The position numbers were made by a program, and so were the translations under genes. This document shows, one piece after another, positions 45,417-55,716 of a stretch of DNA of 64,000 nucleotides (positions within the stretch are counted from its first letter, which is position 1; each line of letters starts with the position of its first letter). Origin of the DNA: Anaerolineae bacterium (GTDB lineage: Bacteria > Chloroflexota > Anaerolineae > S140-20); assembly GCA_027021705.1 (NCBI GenBank), contig JALUTT010000056.1, forward strand, positions 1 to 64,000, in the 5' to 3' direction. The notes beneath the pieces were generated by a model that did not search any database, was not told where the DNA came from, and worked only from the letters and a program-made list of their open reading frames with translations.

Positions 45417-48001
45417 AGCGAGCCCGGAACCTGGTGGACGAAGGTCTATCGGCCCAAGGGCCTGATGAGCGTCCCCCCAGGGGGGACGCTCAAGGGCATC
45501 CGTTCACCTCGCTAGTGAGAAAGCGTTCTCTCGCCCTGGCCATCTCCCTGTTCGCTCTGAGCTTTGCCACCTATTACCGCACGCTGCAACCCTCCGTAGG
45601 CGATTTCGGGGACAGCGCCAAGTTCCAACTCGCTGCCTACACGCTGAGCGTTCCCCACGCAACGGGCTATCCCCTTTACATCGCCCTCGCCAAGCTCTTC
45701 ACCCTGCTTCCCATCCGTGACGTGGCTTTTCGGGTGAACCTCTTCTCCGCCCTATCGGCGGCGCTGGCCGTCGCATTCCTGGGGGCCGTGATCCGGCGGA
45801 AGACCGGCAGCCTGGTAGCTGCCGGCACTGCCGCGCTCCTCTTCGCCTGGTCCCCCACCTTCTGGTCCCAGGCCGTCATCGCCGAAGTCTATGCGCTCCA
45901 CGCTGCCCTGATGGCTCTGCTCCTCCTGTTCCTCTTCCGCTGGCAGGAGCGGGGGGAGCGCTCTCTGTACGCGGGCTTCCTCGCCGTCTACGCCCTCGGC
46001 CTCGGCAACCACGCCTCGATGGTCCTGCTCGCACCCGCCTTGCTCTGGCTCGTGGGGACGACGGACCGTCGGATGCTGACGCAGCCCCGCAACCTGGCCC
46101 TCGCTGCCGGCATCCTGGCGCTGGGAGCCAGTCAGTACGGCCTCCTATACCTCCGAGCCCGCCAGCATCCCCCCTTCTGCGAGTACTGCCCCGACACCCC
46201 CGCGAAGCTGCGATGGTACCTGTCGGGAGCCCAGTTCCGCTCCCACTTCTTCGCTTTCTCCTGGCAGGAAGTGGGAAAGCGTGTCGCCGGCTATGTCCAT
46301 CTGCTGTGGGCCGAGTACGGCTCACTCCCGTTGGGGGCGGGTCTCCTAGGGGTGCTCTCCTCGGCCCGGACCGGATGGCGAAGACAGATCTTCCTGTTGC
46401 TGGCTTTTCTGTCCACCGTGCTCTTCGCCACGAGCTACGACGTCCCCGACTACGCCAACTTCCTGATCCCCTCTTACCTCATCTTCGCCCTCTGGATCGG
46501 GGATGGCTTCGCAGCCCTCATCCGCCGGATGGCCTGGCTGGCCCGGCAGGTGGGCGGGAGCAGGCTCTATGTGCGCCTACCCGGAGGCTGGACAAACCTG
46601 GGTCGTGGAGCCCTGGTCTTGGCGATGCTGGGGCTGGCGGTCCGCCCCCTCTACGCCAACTACGCCGTGGTGGACGAGAGCCGCAACAACTCAGCACGGG
46701 AGGAGGCCACAACGCTGTTGGACATGCTGGAGGAAGAGGCCCTCCTCGTTTTGCCCCCCTGCTGTGACTTCTACAACCAAGCTATGGGGATCCGATACCT
46801 GCAACTGGTCGAAGGGGTACGGCCCGACGTGGCGGTCTACACCCTCCCCTACGTCCGAAAGGAGCCCGGTCGCGTCGTCCGCCCTTCCTTCACGCCCCAA
46901 GGGAAACCGGAGCGAATGGTGCTCCAGGCAGAGGGAGGACGCCTCCGGCCCGCCTACCTCCCTTGGCTGAGCGCTCCTCGCCGTGCCGTCGTAGAGGAGG
47001 AGTTCCTGCTGCGGCCCGTAGACTCTTCCCAGGTCCCCATCGCCGACCTGCTGGCAGCGGTGCCGACCGGCGCCATCGTGGTCCTGGTCGCCCGCCAGCC
47101 CCTCCCCTTTCCCCTCGCCGATGCCCAGACTCAAGGTGCCGTGGCCGCCGCCCTGCGCCGGCTGGGGTTTGACGGGGTCGTGTGGCGTGGGTGGGGGGCT
47201 CACGTCCTCATCGGTGTGGAGGGGGCCGAGCCGGGCACGGCCCTCAGTCGGTGGGATCCCCAGCGGGTTGAAGTCCGGCTGCGGCCAGGGGATCCCATCG
47301 GATCCACCGGCACCGTCGCCCCTGTAGCCCTCCGGCTCATCTCGGCGGGAGACGATGCCGACATCATCGTCAACGGCACCAACGTCTCCCCCCACCACTG
47401 GGGCTACAACCTGGCCATCCTCGACCCACGGTCAGGCGACCTGGTGGAGACCGCCTACTTCGACGTGACGAGTTTCCGGGTCAACAACGTGCGGGTGTAC
47501 CGCATCGCCGCCGTCCGCGATGGCGAGCGGATTGTGCGGATGGATCCTACCGTCTGGCGTCCACCGAGGGAGCAACTGGACTTCCGAGATCCGGCGGTCA
47601 CCTGGTTTCTGGAGGAGGGATGGTCCGCCCCCGAACCTTGGGGAACGTGGGCAACAGGCCGGGAGTCCCGGCTTCAGGTCAGCCTGCCTCCCGGCCCTCC
47701 CTACCGGTTGACGATGGAAGTGGTGCCCTACTGTCCCACCCCCAACGCCCGCCAGACCATCCGCGTGCTCTGGAATGGCACACCATTGCAAGATTTGGCC
47801 TTCGAGGGCTGCCGCTCCCAGACGTTTAGCCTTTCGCTGCCAGCCGGACTCGTCAGCGGCGATGTGGACCAACTGACCTTCCGGTATGGCTATGCCATCT
47901 CTCCCTTCGAGGCTTCGGGGGGGAGCGACGGGGACCGTCGCCAACTCGCGGTTGGCTTCACACGGCTGCGATTTGAGCCCTTGGCCGAGGAGGACCGGTG
48001 A
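45413..48001 (+). CDS. DUF2723 GT-C glycosyltransferase with ILEI-like and C-terminal beta-sandwich domains
   Basis: GDSAKF...VPHATGYP, FWSQAVIAEVY, GWSAPEPWGTW...DRRQLAV. Confidence 0.82.
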   Translation: MKRARNLVDEGLSAQGPDERPPRGDAQGHPFTSLVRKRSLALAISLFALSFATYYRTLQPSVGDFGDSAKFQLAAYTLSVPHATGYPLYIALAKLFTLLPIRDVAFRVNLFSALSAALAVAFLGAVIRRKTGSLVAAGTAALLFAWSPTFWSQAVIAEVYALHAALMALLLLFLFRWQERGERSLYAGFLAVYALGLGNHASMVLLAPALLWLVGTTDRRMLTQPRNLALAAGILALGASQYGLLYLRARQHPPFCEYCPDTPAKLRWYLSGAQFRSHFFAFSWQEVGKRVAGYVHLLWAEYGSLPLGAGLLGVLSSARTGWRRQIFLLLAFLSTVLFATSYDVPDYANFLIPSYLIFALWIGDGFAALIRRMAWLARQVGGSRLYVRLPGGWTNLGRGALVLAMLGLAVRPLYANYAVVDESRNNSAREEATTLLDMLEEEALLVLPPCCDFYNQAMGIRYLQLVEGVRPDVAVYTLPYVRKEPGRVVRPSFTPQGKPERMVLQAEGGRLRPAYLPWLSAPRRAVVEEEFLLRPVDSSQVPIADLLAAVPTGAIVVLVARQPLPFPLADAQTQGAVAAALRRLGFDGVVWRGWGAHVLIGVEGAEPGTALSRWDPQRVEVRLRPGDPIGSTGTVAPVALRLISAGDDADIIVNGTNVSPHHWGYNLAILDPRSGDLVETAYFDVTSFRVNNVRVYRIAAVRDGERIVRMDPTVWRPPREQLDFRDPAVTWFLEEGWSAPEPWGTWATGRESRLQVSLPPGPPYRLTMEVVPYCPTPNARQTIRVLWNGTPLQDLAFEGCRSQTFSLSLPAGLVSGDVDQLTFRYGYAISPFEASGGSDGDRRQLAVGFTRLRFEPLAEEDR

Positions 48002-48004
48002 CCT

Positions 48005-49270
48005 GTGACGCCCGTTCTGGAGTTTGAGCACGTCGCCAAGAAGTTTATCCTGCGCCCCACCAAGCCCCGCTCCCTGCAGGAGATGGTCATCGCCTGGCTC
48101 CGGCGGCAGAAGGCGGAGAGCAAGGAGTTCTGGGTCCTGCGGGACATCTCGCTGACGGTCCGGCGGGGGGAGGTCGTCGGCGTCGTCGGCGACAATGGTA
48201 CCGGCAAGAGCACGTTGCTGAAGCTGGCCGCCCGGATCATCGAGCCTACCCGGGGGAAGGTGGTGGTCAACGGGCGGGTGGGGGCCTTGCTGGAGCTGGG
48301 CGTCGGTTTTCACCCCGACCTAACGGGACGGGAGAACATCTACTTGAGCGCAGCCCTGGTGGGGCTGAGCCGGCGAGAGATCCTCCCCCTCGTGGAGGAG
48401 ATCATCGCCTTCTCCGGCATCGGGGAGTTCATTGATGTTCCCGTCCGCCACTACTCCTCCGGCATGCTGGTTCGGCTGGGCTTCTCCGTCGCCACCAGCA
48501 TCAAACCCGACATCCTGCTGGTGGACGAAGTGCTGGTCGTGGGCGATCAGACCTTCCGCCAGCAGTGCGTGCAGCGTATCGAAGAGATGCGGGCCGAGGG
48601 CACCGCCATCCTCTACGTCTCCCACAACCTGGACGAGATCCGCCGCCTCTGCGATCGGGCCCTCTGGCTCGACGAAGGGCTGATCCAAGTCGAGGGCCAT
48701 CCCGACGAGGTGGTGCAAGCTTACATGAACCACACCCTCCGAGAACGCCAGCTGAAGGTCCGGGCGCTGGGTGATCAACAGTGGCGGGGGTGGCACCTGG
48801 GCAGCGGCGAGGTGGAGATCACCGGTATCTTCACCCTGAACGGCGAAGGAGACCTGTGCGACACCTTCGTGAGTGGCTCCCCCTTCGTCGTGCGCATTGA
48901 CTACCGCTGCCGCCAACCTGTCGCGGCGATGGCCTTTGGGCTGAGCATCTACACCGAGGATGGCATCTGGGTCACCAGCCCCAACTCCATCGCCCAGGCC
49001 GACCGTCTCGCCCCCGGCCCTTCGGGGAGCGTCTACTACGTGGTGGACAGCCTGCCGCTGCGGGCGGGTACTTATGAACTCACCGCAGCCGTCTTCGATC
49101 CCACAGCACCGGAGTACAAGCCCTACGATCACCTCCACCGGGTGCATCAGTTCACCGTGCAGGAGGGGGCGATGCCCCAGGACGGCCTGGTGGAGCTCCC
49201 CCACCGCTGGCTGGACGAGGAGGGGTGGACCCGGCTGCACGACCATCGGGAGAAGGTGGGCTATGGATGA
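48005..49270 (+). CDS. wzt: Wzt polysaccharide ABC exporter ATPase with Wzt_C domain
   Basis: GDNGTGKST, GFHPDLTGREN, YSSGMLVRLGF, LVDE. Confidence 0.93.
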   Translation: MTPVLEFEHVAKKFILRPTKPRSLQEMVIAWLRRQKAESKEFWVLRDISLTVRRGEVVGVVGDNGTGKSTLLKLAARIIEPTRGKVVVNGRVGALLELGVGFHPDLTGRENIYLSAALVGLSRREILPLVEEIIAFSGIGEFIDVPVRHYSSGMLVRLGFSVATSIKPDILLVDEVLVVGDQTFRQQCVQRIEEMRAEGTAILYVSHNLDEIRRLCDRALWLDEGLIQVEGHPDEVVQAYMNHTLRERQLKVRALGDQQWRGWHLGSGEVEITGIFTLNGEGDLCDTFVSGSPFVVRIDYRCRQPVAAMAFGLSIYTEDGIWVTSPNSIAQADRLAPGPSGSVYYVVDSLPLRAGTYELTAAVFDPTAPEYKPYDHLHRVHQFTVQEGAMPQDGLVELPHRWLDEEGWTRLHDHREKVGYG

Positions 49271-49667
49271 GCGGAGGAAGCAGGAAGAAGCCTGGTGGGA
49301 AGTCCGAGAACAGCCTTTCCGTTCTGACAAGCCGTTCATCGGCCCCCTGATCGTCAGGGTGCGCAGCCTCTGGAACAGCGTGGCGACCAAGTGGTACGTT
49401 CGTCCCCTGATCCAGCAGCAGAACGCGATCAACCGCCGGCTGGTGGAGATCAACCGGCAGTTGCGTGAGGAAGTGGAACAACTGCGGGAGGAGTTGCAGG
49501 TTGCCCAGGAGACCATCGTCGCCCTGGACCGAGAGCTGACCGAAGTCCGACGGCTCCAGGCCCGGACCCTCTATCGGTCGTGGGAGGAGGCTGACCACCT
49601 GCATCCTCCCTCTGAGGCTCCGGGGGAGAGCCTGGCCGGGCCGGAGGAGGGTCGGGAGCAGGGATGA
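49263..49667 (+). CDS. small coiled-coil protein of glycan-export cluster
   Basis: Overlaps neighbours at both ends; GPLI.R...WYVRPLIQQQN followed by heptads. Confidence 0.75.
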   Translation: MDERRKQEEAWWEVREQPFRSDKPFIGPLIVRVRSLWNSVATKWYVRPLIQQQNAINRRLVEINRQLREEVEQLREELQVAQETIVALDRELTEVRRLQARTLYRSWEEADHLHPPSEAPGESLAGPEEGREQG

Positions 49668-50863
49668 ACTTGGCCTACGTCAGCCCGTTGCCCCCGCTTC
49701 CGTCGGGGGTGGCCGATTACAGTGCCGTCCTGCTCCCTCACCTGCGGCCCCACTTCTCTCGCATCGTCGCCGTGGTGGATGGGTACGCGCCGCACCTGCC
49801 CCTGGGCCTGGTGGACCAGGTGCACGACGCCTCCCAGGAGCCCGACTGGTGGCTCCGGGAGCAGGCGGTCCCCCTCTACCATATGGGCAACCACCCGGCT
49901 TACCATCGCTACATCTACCGATTGCTACAGCGTGTTCCCGGCGTCACCGTCCTCCACGACGGCAACCTGTTGCCCTTCGTCCACGAGCTGACGCTGGCGC
50001 GGGGGGAGCGCAGCGCCTTCGTCCGGGAGGCCGGTCTCGAGCGGGGTCGGGAGGGGGTGCGGGCTGCTTGGGACAGCCTGCGCCAGGCCCTCCCGCTGCC
50101 CCCTGATGACTACCCGATGCTCGGCCGGGTGTTGCGGGCCAGCCTGGGTGTGATCGTTCACAACCGATACCTGTACGAGCGGGGGAAGCAGGTCTACCCC
50201 CAGGCCCGGCTGACGGTGATTCCCCACCTGGACCTGATGCCCCCCGATCCCAATCCCCCGCCCCGCCGGGACCTGAAGGCGTCGCTGGGATTGGACCCCG
50301 ACGTGCTGCTCATCGGGGCCTTCGGCTTCATCGCGCCGTCGAAGCGGCTGGAGCCGGCGCTGCGGGCCTTCTCCCGACTGCGGGAGGAGTTCCCCCAGGC
50401 CCGCCTGGTCTGCGTGGGCCAGGTGGTCGAAGGCTACAACTTCCGGGCCTCGTTGAAGGAAATGGGCCTGGAGGACGTGGTCCGGGTGACCGGCTACGTC
50501 CCGATGGAGACCTTCCGGCGCTATCTGAGGGCGGTAGACGTGGGGGTGAACCTGCGCTACCCGACCTGGGGGGAGAGCTCCGGGCCGCTCCTGCGCCTGA
50601 TGGCCTGTGGCGTGCCCACGCTGGTGACCGATGCCGGAGGGTTCGCCGAACTGCCCGACGAAGCGGTGGTGAAGGTGCCGGCCGGGCCCGGCGAGGTAGA
50701 GGCCATCGAGACCGCCCTGCGCGCCCTCCTGAGCGATCCCCAGCGCCGGGCGACCATCGGAGAGGCAGCCCGCGCCTTCATCGCCGATGAGTGCGATCCC
50801 ACTCGGGTAGCAGAACGGTATGCGACCTTCATCCGGGCAACCGTATGCGGATCGTCCACGTAA
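49664..50863 (+). CDS. glycosyltransferase family 4
   Basis: SPLPPLPSGVADY, YHMGN, LHD, NLRYPTWGESSG. Confidence 0.9.
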   Translation: MNLAYVSPLPPLPSGVADYSAVLLPHLRPHFSRIVAVVDGYAPHLPLGLVDQVHDASQEPDWWLREQAVPLYHMGNHPAYHRYIYRLLQRVPGVTVLHDGNLLPFVHELTLARGERSAFVREAGLERGREGVRAAWDSLRQALPLPPDDYPMLGRVLRASLGVIVHNRYLYERGKQVYPQARLTVIPHLDLMPPDPNPPPRRDLKASLGLDPDVLLIGAFGFIAPSKRLEPALRAFSRLREEFPQARLVCVGQVVEGYNFRASLKEMGLEDVVRVTGYVPMETFRRYLRAVDVGVNLRYPTWGESSGPLLRLMACGVPTLVTDAGGFAELPDEAVVKVPAGPGEVEAIETALRALLSDPQRRATIGEAARAFIADECDPTRVAERYATFIRATVCGSST

Positions 50864-52080
50864 CCCATCGGGCTTGGCCGGTCGTCGGAGGATCGGAGCG
50901 ATACGTGCAGGAGATCGCCCGCCGGCAGGCGCTGGAAGGGCACCAAGTGACCATCCTCGCCACCGACGCCGAGGAACTGACGGCCCTCTGGGACCGCCGG
51001 GGGAAGCGGCTGGGGCCGGAAGTCCCGACGGTGCACCAGGGGGTGCGGATACGGCGGCTGCCGGTCCGTCCATTGCCCCTGGGGCGGGTCACCTTCCCCG
51101 CCCTGCGGTGGACCACCTGGCTGGTCGGCCACCTTTCGACCGGGGGAGCCCTGGCCCTCGCCCGCTTCAGCCCCCGGGTGCCAGCCCTGGCGGAGGCTCT
51201 GCGGGAGGCAGAAGCCGATCTCCTCTTTGCCTGGAACATCACGTTGGAGGGCTTGACGGCGGCGGTGGTCCGGGAGGCACGGCGACGGGGAGTCCCCTGG
51301 ATCGCTGTGCCCCTCCTGCACCTGGGCCGGCCCCGCTTCTACACGATGCGCCACCAACGGGCGTTGTTGAAGAGGGCCTCGGCGGTGCTGACCCCAACGC
51401 CCGGCGAGCGGGCTTTCCTGGTGGAACAGGGCCTTTCTCCCGGCCAGGTTCACGTCATCAGCCCGGGAGTGGATCCCGCTGAGGGGGCAGAGGCGGATGG
51501 GCAGCGCTTTCGACGGAAATATGGCCTCCACGGCCCCCTCGTCGTCACCCTGGGAGCGCTGGGCTACGACAAGGGGACGCTGCACCTGCTGGCCGCCGCC
51601 CAGCAGCTGTGGCGTCAGGGACGCACCTTGACCCTGGCCCTGCTGGGGCCGCAACAGGAGAGCGTGCGTCGTGCCCTGAACCGGCTGCCGGAGCCCCAAC
51701 GGGCCGCCTGTCTTGCCCCGGGGCTGGTGTCCGAGGAGGAGAAGTGGGATGCCCTGGAGGCCGCCGATGTGGTGGCCCTCCCCTCCCGGACCGAATCCTT
51801 CGGCCTGGTCTTCCTGGAAGCCTGGTTGCGGGGGAAGCCGGTGATCGGGGCCCGGGCCGGGGCCGTCGCCGACGTGATCCGCCACGGTGTGGATGGGCTT
51901 CTGGTGCCCTTCGGCGACGTGGAAGGATTGGCCGAGGCGCTGCGCACGCTCTTGGACGACCCCGTCCAGGCCAGGACGATGGGCCAGCGGGGACGGGAAA
52001 AGGTCCTGCAAACCTACACCTGGGCACACCAGTACGACCGCCTGCGGACCGTGATGGAGGCGGTGATGGAGGGACGATGA
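50845..52080 (+). CDS. glycosyltransferase family 4
   Basis: GGSE, PSRTESFGLVFLEAW...KPVI. Confidence 0.92.
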   Translation: MRIVHVTHRAWPVVGGSERYVQEIARRQALEGHQVTILATDAEELTALWDRRGKRLGPEVPTVHQGVRIRRLPVRPLPLGRVTFPALRWTTWLVGHLSTGGALALARFSPRVPALAEALREAEADLLFAWNITLEGLTAAVVREARRRGVPWIAVPLLHLGRPRFYTMRHQRALLKRASAVLTPTPGERAFLVEQGLSPGQVHVISPGVDPAEGAEADGQRFRRKYGLHGPLVVTLGALGYDKGTLHLLAAAQQLWRQGRTLTLALLGPQQESVRRALNRLPEPQRAACLAPGLVSEEEKWDALEAADVVALPSRTESFGLVFLEAWLRGKPVIGARAGAVADVIRHGVDGLLVPFGDVEGLAEALRTLLDDPVQARTMGQRGREKVLQTYTWAHQYDRLRTVMEAVMEGR

Positions 52081-52081
52081 G

Positions 52082-52540
52082 ATGTCCATCTTCAGCGTGC
52101 ATACGACCGACGACGATGTCGAAGCTGCGATGGTCGCCGTCGCCGACGCCCTGCGCCAATGGGAGGGGGGAGAAGCACTCCCACTGGACCTCTCCCTCCT
52201 CCAGAGTCAGGGGGAACGGTTGAGCCAGCAGGCCCATCAACTGCTCTTCCAGTGGAACGTGGACGGCAACGCCATCATCCATTCCACGCGCCCGAGGGTG
52301 GGGCCGTGGATCATCCGCTTCCAGGTGGTGGTGCGCCGGCTCACCTGGTGGTTCCTGGAGCCGATCCTGCACCAGATCCGCCTCTTCCAGCGCAACACAG
52401 CCCACGTGGTGCACAGCCTGACCCAGAACCAGGAGCAGCTTGCGGCCCACATCGCGGCCCTGGAAGCCCAGGTGGAAGCCCTCCAGCGGCGTCTGGAGGC
52501 CGAGCGCCAAGCTGGGGGAAGGCCCCGAGGCACCAAGTGA
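52082..52540 (+). CDS. small coiled-coil protein, paralogous motif to 49263-49667
   Basis: STRPRVGPWIIRF...WWFLEPILHQ followed by heptads. Confidence 0.75.
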   Translation: MSIFSVHTTDDDVEAAMVAVADALRQWEGGEALPLDLSLLQSQGERLSQQAHQLLFQWNVDGNAIIHSTRPRVGPWIIRFQVVVRRLTWWFLEPILHQIRLFQRNTAHVVHSLTQNQEQLAAHIAALEAQVEALQRRLEAERQAGGRPRGTK

Positions 52541-52610
52541 CCATCCGACCATCCGACCACCTGACCACCTGACCAAACGACCAAGCGACCACTTGACCAA
52601 ACGACCAGAT
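52539..52610. repeat. octamer tandem repeat (GACCANNN)x9
   Basis: gaccatcc gaccatcc gaccacct gaccacct gaccaaac gaccaagc gaccactt gaccaaac gaccagat. Confidence 0.9.
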
Positions 52611-54450
52611 GCCCCCAAAGGTGACCATCATCATCCTAACGTGGAACGGGCTGGAGTACACCCGGGCTTGCCTCGACTCCCTGCGGGCCCACACCCCCCT
52701 GGGGGAGGCGGTGCAGGTCCTCGTGGTGGACAACGGGAGCACCGACGGGACGCTGCCCTACCTGCGGAGCCTGGACTGGATCCGGCTGATCGAGAACGGG
52801 CGCAACCTGGGCTTCGTGCGGGGCAACAACGTTGGCATCCGCGCCACGCCGCCGGACCACGACGTACTGCTCCTCAACAACGACATCGTGATCCCCCAGG
52901 ACGGCTGGCTGGAGGAGATCCAGCGCGTGGCCTATTCCGCCGACGACATCGGCATTGTCGGCTGCCGGCTGATCCTGCCCGATGGCCGGCTCCTCCACGC
53001 CGGGACCTACATGCCCCTGGGGAGCTTCTGGGGCCAGCAGATCGGCAGCCTGGAGAAGGATGTCAACCAGTACAACGCCAATCGGGACGTGGAAGGGGTC
53101 GTGGGGGCCTGCATGTACATCAAGCGGGCGGTGCTGGAAGCCATCGGCCCCCTGGACGAGGCCTTCTTCTCCTACTTCGAGGACACCGACTACTGCCTGC
53201 GTGCGGCAGAGGCAGGATTTCGGACCGTCTGCGCGGGCGGGGTAACGCTGATCCACCACGAGAACGTCAGCACCCGCATCAACCGCGTGAATTTCTCCAA
53301 GATATTTCGGGAATCGCAGAAGACCTTTCGCAAACGATGGGAGCGTAAGTTGAAAGCACGATACGACACCAGCGTCCTCTGGCACTCCGAGGTGGGCTCG
53401 GCCTCGGGGTACGCGGTCTCTTCTCGGGAGTTGCTCCTCCAACTGGACGCCCTGGGCGTGGACGTGCGGCTGGTCTACATCTACGGCACCGATTGGATGG
53501 ACACCCAGCGCGACGACCACCGCCTGGCCGCGATGCGCCAGCGGCCCAAAGACCTGAACCTCCCCCAGGTCGTCTACGCCCCCGGCGAACTCTTCTCCAA
53601 GAACAGCGGGCGCTACCGGATCGGCTACACGATGCTGGAGGTGGACGGCATCCCCGAGGCGTGGGTCCGGCTCTGCAACGAGATGGACGAGGTCTGGGTG
53701 CCCAGCACCTTCAACGCCGAGACCTTTCGCGCCAGCGGCGTCACCCGCCCCATCCACGTGATGCCCCTGGGGGTCAACCCCGACTACTTCAACCCCCGCA
53801 TCCGGGGATACCGGCCCTCGTCCCGCTACACCTTCCTCTCCCTCTTTGAGTGGGGAGAGCGCAAAGCGCCCGAAATACTGCTGCGGGCTTACTTCCGGGC
53901 CTTCCGCCGGGATGACGATGTCCTGCTGCTTCTCAAGGTCATCAACCGGGACCCCGGTGTGGACGTAAAGGCCCAGATCGCTGCCCTGAACCTGCCCGAC
54001 GATGGACCGCCGGTGGCGATGCTCTACAACCAGGAACTCCCTACTTACCAGATGGGGAGCCTCTACCGCTCCGCCGACTGCTTCGTGTTTCCCACGCGGG
54101 GCGAGGGGTGGGGACTGCCCATCCTGGAGGCGATGGCCTGTGGGCTGCCCGTCATCGCCACCGCCTGGAGCGCCCACACCGACTTTATGCACGAGGGGAA
54201 TGCCTACCCCCTGCGGGTGGCCAAGCTGATCCCGGCGCGGGCCAAATGCCCTTACTACGAGGGATTCCGCTGGGCCCACCCCGATGAGGATCACCTGGTC
54301 CACCTGATGCGCCACGTCTACGAGCACCGGGAGGAAGCTGCGGCCAAGGGAGCGGCAGCCTCGGCGGAAGTGCTCTCCCGGTGGACGTGGCGGCACGCTG
54401 CCCAGAAGATCAAGGCACGCCTCCAGGAGATTCACGAGGCGCTGACGTAA
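52609..54450 (+). CDS. bifunctional GT2 + GT4 glycosyltransferase
   Basis: N-terminal VDNGSTD/LLNND/YFEDTD; C-terminal PTRGEGWGLPILEAMACG. Confidence 0.92.
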   Translation: MPPKVTIIILTWNGLEYTRACLDSLRAHTPLGEAVQVLVVDNGSTDGTLPYLRSLDWIRLIENGRNLGFVRGNNVGIRATPPDHDVLLLNNDIVIPQDGWLEEIQRVAYSADDIGIVGCRLILPDGRLLHAGTYMPLGSFWGQQIGSLEKDVNQYNANRDVEGVVGACMYIKRAVLEAIGPLDEAFFSYFEDTDYCLRAAEAGFRTVCAGGVTLIHHENVSTRINRVNFSKIFRESQKTFRKRWERKLKARYDTSVLWHSEVGSASGYAVSSRELLLQLDALGVDVRLVYIYGTDWMDTQRDDHRLAAMRQRPKDLNLPQVVYAPGELFSKNSGRYRIGYTMLEVDGIPEAWVRLCNEMDEVWVPSTFNAETFRASGVTRPIHVMPLGVNPDYFNPRIRGYRPSSRYTFLSLFEWGERKAPEILLRAYFRAFRRDDDVLLLLKVINRDPGVDVKAQIAALNLPDDGPPVAMLYNQELPTYQMGSLYRSADCFVFPTRGEGWGLPILEAMACGLPVIATAWSAHTDFMHEGNAYPLRVAKLIPARAKCPYYEGFRWAHPDEDHLVHLMRHVYEHREEAAAKGAAASAEVLSRWTWRHAAQKIKARLQEIHEALT

Positions 54451-54460
54451 TGCTTTGCCG

Positions 54461-55693
54461 ATGAAGATCGCCATAGACATCACAATCCTCCACATCGCTC
54501 AGGCAGGCATCTTTTACTACCACTACAACCTGGTGCGGGCGCTGCTAGACCGGCCTTCGCCCCACCAGTTCCTGTTGCTGGACTACCACCCCATCCACGG
54601 TGGCTGGACCAATCCGCCGGAGATGACGAACCTGACGGCTCCCCACGCCGAGGTCCGGCAGGTGAAGGGGCTGCGCCATCGGAAGCTCTCCCGGCTCTGG
54701 TTTATGCAGAGGCCGCTCCTCTGGCCGCTGGCCAAGGGGGTGGACCAGGTTCTGCTCCACCCATGGAGCAAGCTGGCCGAGTGGGTGATGCAACACCAGT
54801 TGCACAAGCATTTGGACGGCGTAGCCCTCTTTCATGCCTCCAGCGTGGTCCCCTATGCGCTTCCCCACGCCAAAAACGTTACCACCATCTACGACCTGAC
54901 CCCGCTGCTCTTTCCCGAGCACCACACGATGCAGACGCGGGACCTCTACCGCCGCTTCTTCCGCTTCGCGCAGACCGAGGCCGATGCGGTGATCGTCATC
55001 TCCGAAGCCACCAAACGGGATGTCATCACCCACCTGGACTTGGAGCCGGAGCGGGTTCACGTCGTCCACGCCGGCGTGGATCCCCGCTTCCATCCCCTGG
55101 ACAGGACTACGGTCGCGCAGGCCCTTGCCTCGCTGGAACTGCAACCTCAGCGCTACATCCTTCACGTGGGGACCATCGAGCCCCGCAAGAACCTGGTGCG
55201 GCTGATCGAGGCCTATCATCGGCTGCGGCAAGAGGTATCCCCGCCGGTTCCCCAACTGGTATTGGCGGGGGCATTGGGATGGATGTCAGAGGAGGTGTTC
55301 AGGCGGGTCAAAGCCCTTGGCCTGGAGGACGACGTTCGCTTTGTCGGGCGAGTGGAGGGAGCAGTCCTACCGGCCCTCTACAACGGTGCCCGGCTCTTCG
55401 CCTATCCGTCCCTCTACGAGGGCTTCGGCATGCCCGTCCTGGAGGCCATGGCCTGTGGGACGCCCGTGGTCACCAGCAATGTCTCCTCCCTGCCGGAGGT
55501 CGCAGGGGATGCCTGCCTGCTGGTGGACCCCACAGATGTCCGCCAGGTCGCCCAAGCGATGGCGAGGCTGCTGGAAGACGACGCCCTGAGAGACCGGCTC
55601 CGGCAGAAAGGGCTCGCGAGGGCCGCCCAATTCCGGTGGGACAGGGCGGCGACAAAAGCGTTGCAGGTGTATGATGGCCTGTTGGCAGGTTAG
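54461..55693 (+). CDS. glycosyltransferase family 4 (MtfB/mannosyltransferase-like)
   Basis: TIYDL, VGTIEPRKN, PSLYEGFGMPVLEAM. Confidence 0.93.
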   Translation: MKIAIDITILHIAQAGIFYYHYNLVRALLDRPSPHQFLLLDYHPIHGGWTNPPEMTNLTAPHAEVRQVKGLRHRKLSRLWFMQRPLLWPLAKGVDQVLLHPWSKLAEWVMQHQLHKHLDGVALFHASSVVPYALPHAKNVTTIYDLTPLLFPEHHTMQTRDLYRRFFRFAQTEADAVIVISEATKRDVITHLDLEPERVHVVHAGVDPRFHPLDRTTVAQALASLELQPQRYILHVGTIEPRKNLVRLIEAYHRLRQEVSPPVPQLVLAGALGWMSEEVFRRVKALGLEDDVRFVGRVEGAVLPALYNGARLFAYPSLYEGFGMPVLEAMACGTPVVTSNVSSLPEVAGDACLLVDPTDVRQVAQAMARLLEDDALRDRLRQKGLARAAQFRWDRAATKALQVYDGLLAG

Positions 55694-55716
55694 CCCATGC
55701 GAATGGTGAGAATGCT

